From contig CAVXIV010000018.1 in NCBI GenBank assembly GCA_963761805.1, positions 145,058-209,057 of the forward strand: a stretch of 64,000 nucleotides of DNA. The letters run 5' to 3'. Numbering within the stretch: the first letter of the stretch is position 1; each line of letters starts with the position of its first letter. A model generated the notes under the pieces. The model searched no databases. It worked only from the letters and a program-made list of their open reading frames with translations, and was not told the origin of the DNA. The DNA is from an uncultured Acidobacteriota bacterium (GTDB lineage Bacteria; Acidobacteriota; Thermoanaerobaculia; Multivoradales; UBA5704). The position numbers and the translations under genes are program-made. This document shows positions 36,875-44,498 of the stretch, piece after piece.

Positions 36875-37335
36875 CCGACCTTTCGGCGTCAACCGGCAAC
36901 GTTCGGGGACCAACCCGGAAGGTTCGCTGACCAACCCGGAAGCTTCGCGGATCAACCCGGAAGCTTCGCGGACCAACCCGGAAGCTTCGGGGATCAACCC
37001 GGAAGCTTCACGGTTGACCTCGCAAGCTTCCCGGTTGAAGCCGGAAGGTCCGGGGATGACGCCGCAAGCTTCCCGGTTGAAGCCGCAAGCTTCCCGGTTG
37101 AAGCTGGAAGCTTCGGGGATGAACCCACAAGCTTCCCGGTTGACGCCGAAAGCTTCGCGGTTGACCTCGCAAGCTTCCCGGTTGAAGCCGGAAGGTTCGG
37201 GGATGAACCCGCAAGCTTCGCGGTTGACCTCGCAAGCTTCCCGGTTGAAGCCGGAAGCTTCGGGGATGAACCCGCAAGCTTCCCGGTTGAAGTCGGAAGG
37301 TTCGGGGATGAACCCGCAAGCTTCGCGGACGACGC
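36875..37335. repeat. tandem array B: about 22 degenerate units of exactly 21 bp around an AAGCTT core (e.g. ccggaagcttcgcggatcaac, cgcaagcttcccggttgaagc)
   Basis: Parsed by hand. The 21-bp period keeps five of six frames open, which explains the stacked track ORFs at 36833-37690. Confidence 0.8.
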
Positions 37336-37754
37336 TCGAACAGGAACCCGGCCCCGACCATCCCCAGAGCCCCAACGGGGCGCCGGCGCCATCGCCGCCG
37401 CCAGCCGGCCGCCAAGTGCCTGGCATCCACGCCGCACCCACGGACCGCGGGAGCGGCGGCTGAGCTCTCCGTCCCGCGATGCCCTCCCGGCAAGGCCCGG
37501 CCTCCCCGCCCCAGGTTGAAACCATGGGGCTACCCACGGTTGTCCCTGAAGGGACGATTAAGAGGAAGGCTATTTCAGAACGGGAGGGGAGACCCATGCC
37601 CCAACGGGGCAAAATTTGAAGAGCCCGGCGCTTCAGCGCCGGGTAGGCGATTCCCCCCGAATCCCCATCCGCCCCGGGGGCGGAACCCACCGGTCCGATA
37701 CCTGGACGCCGAAGGTGCCGCTCCTTAGAGCACCTGACAGAAGCGGTGGCAGAC

Positions 37755-37998
37755 CGGCCTGAAGGGCCGGGAGAACTAGCCCAGGGATGAGGCCGAAGGC
37801 CGATTCCCTGGGTGAGGGAATAGGGAGCATCAAAGCGGCCTGAAAGGCCGCGAGAACCTCGGCTGAATAGCAGTTGAGCTGATCCCGGCAGAGATTCTCG
37901 CGACCCTTCAGGCCGCTGAAATCGAGGGGGTCTTTCTTACCCAGGGCATTGGCCTTCGGCCTCAGCCCTGGGCTAGTTCTCCCGACCCGTTGGGCCGG
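37755..37998. repeat. about 245-bp imperfect palindrome (arms of about 105-120 bp), MITE-like or structured RNA
   Basis: The left arm ccggcctgaagggccgggagaactagcccagggatgaggccgaaggccgattccctggg... matches the reverse complement of the right arm ...cccagggcattggccttcggcctcagccctgggctagttctcccgacccgttgggccgg. Confidence 0.65.
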
Positions 37999-38225
37999 TT
38001 TGTAGCCGGTCGCCGCCGCTCCTTCGGAGCTATCTATAGAGGATGGGGGACCGCGCTCTCCCTGGGGCTCGCGCCTCCAGGCTACAGGCCCGCACCTCTC
38101 CGAGGCGCATCCCGGAAGAAGAACCCTCATCGGACAGCCTTCCTGGAGACACTGTAGGGGCAGGGACGGTCCCTCCTCCCAAGGTGGGAGGCCGCGGTGC
38201 CGTACCCGACGAAAGGAGCTCTCCT

Positions 38226-38504
38226 ATGGTCCCTCTTCGACGGAGCTTCGTCCTGATCGTCTCGCTCTCCCTCCTGGGCACTCCGGCCTTTGCGGCCCCG
38301 CGAGCGCAGACCGCGCCAGAGACTTCCCTGGCCCGCGGGATCGCCTTGCGGGTCCTCCACATCCTGACTCCGATCCTGGAGAAACTCGGCGCGGGTATGG
38401 ACCCCCTGGGCGCTCCCGAACCCCAGCCCGTCGATCCCGCGTCCAGCGCCACGCCCCAGGGATCGTCGGGGGATCTCGGAGCCGGCATGGACCCGCTCGG
38501 TTGA
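38226..38504 (+). CDS. small secreted protein (92 aa) with the nonapeptide LGAGMDPLG present twice, the second copy at the exact C-terminus
   Basis: AAAGGAG lies before ATG 38226. Signal peptide MVPLRRSFVLIVSLSLLGTPAFA. The two repeat copies differ at 6 of 9 codons, all synonymous. Confidence 0.6.
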   Translation: MVPLRRSFVLIVSLSLLGTPAFAAPRAQTAPETSLARGIALRVLHILTPILEKLGAGMDPLGAPEPQPVDPASSATPQGSSGDLGAGMDPLG

Positions 38505-38514
38505 TTCGTGGCAC

Positions 38515-38555
38515 GCCGGCCTGACGTTGCTTCAGGCCGGCGTTTCTTCCCTCTT
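38515..38555 (+). terminator. intrinsic-terminator-like hairpin after the peptide gene
   Basis: GCCGGCCTGA-cgttgct-TCAGGCCGGC followed by gtttcttccctcttcgctttc. Confidence 0.45.
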
Positions 38556-38622
38556 CGCTTTCATGGAGTTGCAGACATGCGGTATAACTGGCACCTCCTG
38601 CACGATCCAAAGAGGGAGCGCC

Positions 38623-39915
38623 GTGTCCGATATCCATATCACCCGCGAGCTTCTGCGCGCCGTCGAGTCCGGCGAGTTGCCGGCCCGCGTGCTCACCGAG
38701 ATCGGCTGGCAGCACCTCCTGAGCCTTTGTCCTTCCTGCCGGGGCGAGCTGGACGCATGGCGCCGTGAAAGAGCGGCTTTCCGCGGCTCCGACACCGCCC
38801 TCAAGGTCCTGCCGTTCCTCCTGGAACGCCACGTGGAGGAGGTAGAAGAGCGGCATGAGGCGGCCCGGCGGGATCTCCGGGCTCTCCTCAAGCTTTCCCA
38901 CGAAGAACGCCTCACCAGAATCCGCCGTGCCTCCAGGCGATTCCAGGGGACCGCCCTCGCGGCGATCCTCCTCGAGGAAGCCAGGAACGCCATGCCGGAG
39001 CGGCCCCGGGATCTCTATGAGTTGGCCGAGACCGCCACCGCCGTACTGTTGCGCACTCCAGACCTGCCCGGCCTCTACGATCTCCTCGTCCGCGCTCGCG
39101 CCTACCAGGGCAACGCCCTGCGGGCCCTAGGCCAACTCGCCGAAGCAGTGGAAGCCCTGCGGGGCGCCCGTGCTCTCCTGCGCACCCAGGGCGTGACCGA
39201 TCCGCTTGTCTTCGCCGAGGTGGACTGGATCGAGGGGGCGCTGCGCAAGGACCGGCGGCAGTTCCCGGAGGCGGAGGAGCTCCTCGTGCGGGCGGCCAGC
39301 CTCTACTCGCTGGCCGGGGAGAAAGGGCAGGCCGCCGAACCCCTCCTCACCCTCGGACTCCTCTACTACGACACCGGCGAGACCCGGAAGGCCATCGAGG
39401 TCACGGAGACAGCGGCGGCCCTCATCCATCCGGAGCGGAACCCCCGCTCGTACCTGTGCGCCCGGCACAACCTGACGCTTTTCCTCATCGAGGCGGGGGA
39501 GTACGCCGTCGCGGCCGAGGCCCTCTCCGACGATGAGGATCTCTACCGGCGCTTCTCCGACCCCTGGACGCGGCTGCGCCAGATCTGGCTCCAGGGCAAG
39601 GTCGCCTTCGGCCTGGGCCACCTCGAAGAGGCCGAACGAACCTTCCTGGAAACCCGGCAGGGCTTCCTGGACCAAGGCGTCGGCTATGATGCCGCCCTCG
39701 CGTCGCTCGACCTCGCGATGGTCTACGCGAGGCAGGGAAGAACAGGTGAGCTGAAGCAACTCGTCGGAGAGCTGGCGGCGGTCTTCGGGGCCGATGATCT
39801 CCCCCGAGAGGCGGTCGCGTCGCTCGTCCTCTTTCGGCAGGCGGTTGAGGAGGAGCGGGTCACGGTGGCGGTGATTGAGGAGGTGGCCCGTCGCTTGAGG
39901 TGGGCGGTGGGATAG
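38623..39915 (+). CDS. cytoplasmic zinc-finger (H-x5-C-x2-C) plus TPR-like helical-repeat protein, about 430 aa
   Basis: GTG at 38623 after AGAGGGAG. N-terminus VSDIHITRELLRAV...HLLSLCPSCRGEL is paralogous to 46800-47333. TPR-like segments, e.g. AYQGNALRALGQLAEAVEAL, LGLLYYDTGETRKAIEV, LAMVYARQGRTGEL. Confidence 0.65.
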   Translation: MSDIHITRELLRAVESGELPARVLTEIGWQHLLSLCPSCRGELDAWRRERAAFRGSDTALKVLPFLLERHVEEVEERHEAARRDLRALLKLSHEERLTRIRRASRRFQGTALAAILLEEARNAMPERPRDLYELAETATAVLLRTPDLPGLYDLLVRARAYQGNALRALGQLAEAVEALRGARALLRTQGVTDPLVFAEVDWIEGALRKDRRQFPEAEELLVRAASLYSLAGEKGQAAEPLLTLGLLYYDTGETRKAIEVTETAAALIHPERNPRSYLCARHNLTLFLIEAGEYAVAAEALSDDEDLYRRFSDPWTRLRQIWLQGKVAFGLGHLEEAERTFLETRQGFLDQGVGYDAALASLDLAMVYARQGRTGELKQLVGELAAVFGADDLPREAVASLVLFRQAVEEERVTVAVIEEVARRLRWAVG

Positions 39916-40187
39916 GGACCGAACTGCGCCCGGATCGCTCGGCCGACCGGCGACGAAGTGCCTGGCACCCGTCCGGGCCGCCCGGGCCGGGAATCCGGAT
40001 GACTCGGCCGATGAAGGCCGGGCTTGCCCCGGAAGCCTTGGGCGGTGCGGGACCTGTTGATGGCTTAAGGGAGTATACTAGGCGTAACGGGAGCGGACCC
40101 TGGATGCTTTGAATACCAGGGTGTAGGGCGAGGCACATTTCGAGGAGGCTTATCTGCGCCACCGCCCGTAATCTTTGGAGGACTCCT

Positions 40188-41042
40188 GTGCCGGACAACG
40201 AACAGCTCGGAAGATTGCTTTCCCTTTACTCGACTCAGAAGCTTTTGCAGCACTTTCAGTCCTCGAAAAGGACTAAGGATTCGATGATTCAGGATATAGT
40301 CGAATCGGCTACGCCGGAAGAGATTATAAATTTCGCCTATACCTACCACCCCACTACTAAGCACCATCTTCACCTGTTTTCGCATAGCGCCGAGCAAATA
40401 AGTTCTTTGCCTGACGAGCCTTTGGGGTTGCTGAGTCTTGTTCGGTCAGAGCGGACGGCCACCCAAGCTCTTTGGTTTTACCTGATTGAACTTTCCTATA
40501 ACGTGGTGCTTCGCGATCCTCTGGAAATTGTCCCGGTTAAATTCCCCTGGCCGGTGCTCATTCGCTGCACTAACGACCTGCTTACGCTACGGTTCACGAT
40601 TATGGAGCCAAGTATGGCGTCTCGGTTTGACTCTGGCCGCATCGTGAAAGCAACGCGAGAGATTGATGAGTCTACAGTCCAGGCTCAGGCGCTAGGCAAT
40701 CTCGGCCTCTCCAATGTTACTGCCCTCGACCTTAACAAGGGTGTAAAAGGTCTTTGGTCAGACGACATGATCGACTCTCCTTCCGTCCAATGGAAAAAGG
40801 CGCGCGCCACGACACGGCAAGTCATGGATGGCGACTACTTGGTGAAGCGAGACGATCCCGATCTGTACCAAGAGCTTGTCGATAAGCCCTTATTCGGCGC
40901 CTTGTTTCGGTGGGTTGGCGACAGCATTAGTCTTGAGCACTTCACGGTAGAGGCAACGCAAGGGACGTTTACGTTCAGAACTTTCTCCGACCTAGATAAG
41001 GGGGCAGACTATGTGGTTCGAGAGATTCTTGAACGCAATTGA
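40188..41042 (+). CDS. hypothetical protein, 284 aa (low-GC island)
   Basis: Intact ORF, GTG start after GGAGGA. No motif recognised. Confidence 0.55.
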   Translation: MPDNEQLGRLLSLYSTQKLLQHFQSSKRTKDSMIQDIVESATPEEIINFAYTYHPTTKHHLHLFSHSAEQISSLPDEPLGLLSLVRSERTATQALWFYLIELSYNVVLRDPLEIVPVKFPWPVLIRCTNDLLTLRFTIMEPSMASRFDSGRIVKATREIDESTVQAQALGNLGLSNVTALDLNKGVKGLWSDDMIDSPSVQWKKARATTRQVMDGDYLVKRDDPDLYQELVDKPLFGALFRWVGDSISLEHFTVEATQGTFTFRTFSDLDKGADYVVREILERN

Positions 41043-41415
41043 TTCTAGCTGGGTAGGCAATGCGATCGAGCGTCGCATGAAGCTGATCGAAAGAACCGAC
41101 CCTGAGAACATCTACGTGGAGAATATACGGAGTTTTTTTAACATGCCGTTCCGGATTGCAAAGTTCTTCTGCGATCTAGCTGTCAGAGAAGGGATTTTCT
41201 TCAAGAAGATCGGATATCTGTGTCCCAAGAATAAAAACATCATACTGTATGCAGTACCCGGCGAGCCTCTTCCGGATACGGTTACCTGCCGAGTGTGCGA
41301 AGAAGGAGGCGAGGAAGAGTTCGAGTTTGACCCCAGGAAGCTTCAGACAATTGAAGTCTACAGCATTGTCGCCACGCGGTTAGATAATAACTCCGCCGCC
41401 GTTCACGAAAGCTAA
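41011..41415 (+). CDS. hypothetical protein, 134 aa, possible Cys-based metal site (C-x27-C-x2-C)
   Basis: Overlaps the upstream gene by 32 nt (alternative ATG at 41077). YLCPKNKN...TCRVCEEGGEEEFEF. Confidence 0.5.
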   Translation: MWFERFLNAIDSSWVGNAIERRMKLIERTDPENIYVENIRSFFNMPFRIAKFFCDLAVREGIFFKKIGYLCPKNKNIILYAVPGEPLPDTVTCRVCEEGGEEEFEFDPRKLQTIEVYSIVATRLDNNSAAVHES

Positions 41416-41418
41416 GCC

Positions 41419-41631
41419 GTGGCAATCACCAAAGAAAAGGCGGCAGTGTATCAGTTGATGGCCGATGTAGTCGTTAAGTTTGCGCTTGGCATGGCCGTGT
41501 GCGGGGTATTCGTGGCGATCGCGGTCAAGCTTATCCGCGATCCTAGCTGGCCAGTAGCAGCATTTGGATCGTTTTTGTCGGCCACGGTGTTTCTAGTGTT
41601 CCGTCACTATTTCCATACAAAAAAGAAGTAG
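41419..41631 (+). CDS. small membrane protein, 70 aa, two predicted TM helices
   Basis: GTG 3 nt after the upstream stop. VVVKFALGMAVCGVFVAIAVKLI and WPVAAFGSFLSATVFLVF. Confidence 0.5.
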   Translation: MAITKEKAAVYQLMADVVVKFALGMAVCGVFVAIAVKLIRDPSWPVAAFGSFLSATVFLVFRHYFHTKKK

Positions 41632-41649
41632 CCTCTCCCCCGAGAGGGA

Positions 41650-41955
41650 CCGGCTACGTAATCTTGACGTCTTCCCAAAGGCAACTAAGGCGAATACTCC
41701 TGTAGTCTTGCCTCCAGAGCTCGTTCGCCTGCACGTCCTGGACGAGACCGCCTTGACCACCTCCGTCAGCATCCGCTCGCACCGCTCACCTACCTGGACG
41801 AGCAGGCGAAGGATGGTCTTCTTTTCGGTGCCGGTGATCCGCTCAATGGCCCGGATCGAGCTACCCTCACGAAGCCGGTTCAGATAGAGCAACGCCCGGC
41901 AGGTGCATAGCTTCACCACCCTAAGCCATACTTTTATGCTCTTCTCAGGAAGCAC
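41650..41955 (-). pseudogene. N-terminal helix-turn-helix fragment of an IS-type transposase (remnant)
   Basis: LREGSSIRAIERITGTEKKTILRLLVQVGERCERML resembles the L.EG.S.R...R..GV...TV.RLL...G..C HTH of several IS transposases. No catalytic domain follows. Family not assignable by eye. Confidence 0.4.
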
Positions 41956-41973
41956 GCCGAACAGGGGGTAGAT

Positions 41974-44496
41974 TCAAGGACCAACGTCGGATGCCTTCCG
42001 GAAGGTGCCCACTCGCCTAGGTGCCCCAATCTCTCCGGTAAGGCGAGCGACGCGCCGACGTAGTTCGTCGAGGGAGCCAAGAACGAAGACCTCTTTGGTT
42101 TCAGTAACGTGTAGCATTCCACTACTCGCGCGTGCCAGATCATTAAGCGCGCGTTCGACATCAGGAGTATCTACGCTCTCAAAGCCTTCACAACGGCTAA
42201 TCTCGGCGGCTATGAGGTAGACGTTGCGGGGGGTATTGCGGAGGCGCGGCTCCAGGTCGGCCAAGGCGCGCACTACTCCCTGGTATAGATCGACGTTGTC
42301 AAAGCTGGGATCGGAGAGAAGCCGATCTACCTTGGTGACGACATCGGGAGGAGCAAAGGCGCTAACTACAATCTCTTGTAGGCTCCGGGCATTGATCTGG
42401 CGGCGTTCAGCGGTTTCCACCACGCGAGCAAGTTGTTCGATTGTCCAGCAGCTAACATACTGTTGTCGGGCGCGCTCGCTCACCTCGCTGTGTGGGTCCT
42501 CGGCACCAGGGTACGCAGGAGCTACAAGCAAGCAGCCATTTGCGCCGTTCTTTTCATAGTGTGACCGGAGTCCTGCAAAGTCGAGATGGCCAAGTGATGG
42601 AACATCACTACTGCTCTTCGCTTCCAACGTAAATGTATAGTTCTCAACGCCATGGATCAGATATCGGGCGATGCCATCAGGCGTTCCAGAGCCCCCAATG
42701 TGGCGTGAGCTGAAGCCGAGTGCACGTAATGCGCCTACAAGAGCGATCTCTAAGTCATTTGCGCTGCTCGATGCTTCACGAAGCGACGCTGCAAGAGCCT
42801 GTAGAGAATAAGCTTCGTCGAGTGCAAGACTTCTAAGAAGGGCGTCGCGTTTCTCAAGTAAGTCATTGACGATCTCTGCTTCAACGCCAGCAGCGTGAAG
42901 GTATACCTCCAGCAGTGCCTCTGCAACCACCAACGCTTCAAGGAGTCTCTTGCTGTCGGGTTTTTCTGCGAACTCCCGTACAAGCTCATGATCTTCGTTT
43001 ACAATAAACGTTGCTGTACGGGCATTGAGGCGAGCCAGCGGTTCAAACTCGCCCGCAGGAGAGTACTTAAAGGTGTAGCTACGCTCCTTTCTCTCTGTAG
43101 AGTACAGTTGCTCAACGAGAGCCTGCAGTTCTTCAAGGCCGCTGACGGGCTCGAGTAATCGCCAACTTGATAAAGCTGCCCCTTCCGTTGTCTCTGTGGG
43201 AAAGTCCGCAGCACCCGCAACCAGAACGTCTGCGAGAGGGCGTTCAACGAGTTCGGTGCTAACATAGTCCCGTATACCTTCTTTCTTGCGCTTGTTCTCT
43301 GCTTCGTCGGCTTTTACCCGCTCTTCATACCGATCACGTGCTTGGTTGAAGAGCTGGATAAGTAGCTCCCGGAGCTTTTTTTTGACCTGTGACTGCTCGA
43401 CATCATCGCGTGCTGCGGTCACATACTTATTAAGGTCCGGTGCCTCAACAATCGCAGCAAAGCGATACCATGTTGTAAACGACAGCGGTCGTGCACCGAA
43501 GAGAGGGTCGGTTTCGTTAATGAGGCGATTGTGGACACGGACAAAGAATCCGTGGCTTCGCCCAAGATCCTCACTTTTGCCACCCTCGGCATATAGTGAT
43601 CGTTTGGTTACATAGACCTCACCGATAACGCCTGAAGGAAAGCTGGGAGAGGAAAGGCCGCCCGGAACCTTTGTCCATGTTTCACCTGTGACGGGGCTTA
43701 GGTCCGTTATTCGCTCATCGTCAAGTTCGTCGACCGTGAAGTGTACAATTTTTTCATATCTCTCTTTCGAAGAAGTTATGCGATCTCCATTCAGGTGTAA
43801 AGCGAAGTCGCTTGCGAGAGGCATTGCCGTCTCAAGGACCCACCTCAGGCGCCCAGTGGCGAGTTGATGCGCCTTTTCCTTTAGGTCTTCTAGTACGACG
43901 AGCGTCCAAGTGGGCGTTGCCTCTAGATCCTGTGGATTCGGCTTGGTTGCAAGCACAGCTCTTGCAGCTTGGAAAGACCGGCTGTTCTCCAGTAAAGATG
44001 TACTATCGAGCCTCCGCAGCGTGAGTGCGACAGGCTGAGCGGTGCCAGTTGCATCAGTGGCTGCTGCGAAGGCTTCAAAGTTGATAGATACTGCGTGGAT
44101 GCCCTGAGATGTCCGACTTAGGTATGTGGCATGCCTAGCAACGGCGTAACTGGCAAGTTTGCCTATACCAAACTTGCCAATTTGTTTTCGTCGTGAGGAA
44201 ATGGCTGGCTTATTGCTAACCCCAATATGCCAGAGGTTCTCAAGTTCTTCGAGCGTCATACCTTTGCCATTATCAAAAACCACTATGAGAGGTCGCTCGC
44301 CATCCAAATCAACATGCACAGAACACACACTAGCCTCAGCGTCCCAACTATTAACTACTAGTTCCTCTATTGCCTTTACCGGTGTGGCGTACAGCTGCTC
44401 ACTGAAAAGCTTTATTACTTCATAAGAGATCTGAACATTTACAGTTTTGGTCTCGATGCCAATGGCTTCTACATCATCAGCGAGTCGGAGTGCCAT
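41974..44496 (-). CDS. GHKL (MORC/paraMORC-type HATPase_c_3) ATPase fused to a C-terminal Mrr-like PD-(D/E)xK nuclease domain, 840 aa
   Basis: N-terminal ELVVNSWDAEAS...FDNGKGMT...GKFGIGKLA (Bergerat fold N, G1, G2 boxes). C-terminal LVGALRALGF...GGSGTPDGIARY...FTLEAKSS (PD...EAK). Confidence 0.75.
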   Translation of the reverse strand: MALRLADDVEAIGIETKTVNVQISYEVIKLFSEQLYATPVKAIEELVVNSWDAEASVCSVHVDLDGERPLIVVFDNGKGMTLEELENLWHIGVSNKPAISSRRKQIGKFGIGKLASYAVARHATYLSRTSQGIHAVSINFEAFAAATDATGTAQPVALTLRRLDSTSLLENSRSFQAARAVLATKPNPQDLEATPTWTLVVLEDLKEKAHQLATGRLRWVLETAMPLASDFALHLNGDRITSSKERYEKIVHFTVDELDDERITDLSPVTGETWTKVPGGLSSPSFPSGVIGEVYVTKRSLYAEGGKSEDLGRSHGFFVRVHNRLINETDPLFGARPLSFTTWYRFAAIVEAPDLNKYVTAARDDVEQSQVKKKLRELLIQLFNQARDRYEERVKADEAENKRKKEGIRDYVSTELVERPLADVLVAGAADFPTETTEGAALSSWRLLEPVSGLEELQALVEQLYSTERKERSYTFKYSPAGEFEPLARLNARTATFIVNEDHELVREFAEKPDSKRLLEALVVAEALLEVYLHAAGVEAEIVNDLLEKRDALLRSLALDEAYSLQALAASLREASSSANDLEIALVGALRALGFSSRHIGGSGTPDGIARYLIHGVENYTFTLEAKSSSDVPSLGHLDFAGLRSHYEKNGANGCLLVAPAYPGAEDPHSEVSERARQQYVSCWTIEQLARVVETAERRQINARSLQEIVVSAFAPPDVVTKVDRLLSDPSFDNVDLYQGVVRALADLEPRLRNTPRNVYLIAAEISRCEGFESVDTPDVERALNDLARASSGMLHVTETKEVFVLGSLDELRRRVARLTGEIGAPRRVGTFRKASDVGP

Positions 44497-44498
44497 AA

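Noticed and set aside
35925-37335. The repeat arrays as a CRISPR locus
   Set aside because: The units are contiguous 20-21-bp degenerate repeats with no unique spacers of 25-40 bp between conserved repeats. No cas genes are in the window.
36833-37690. Stacked ORFs through array B (e.g. heptad GSFADQP, or NREACGFIPEASGF on the minus strand) as a repeat protein or multi-core precursor
   Set aside because: Five of six frames are open purely because the repeat period is 21 bp. Third-position GC does not favour any frame in my hand count, and there is no start/SD context. Kept only as an alternative in the array finding.
41632-41655. Short CCTCTC-N6-GAGAGG hairpin after the 70-aa membrane protein gene as a terminator
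   Set aside because: The stem is only 6 bp with no U tract, and it overlaps the transposase-fragment reading.
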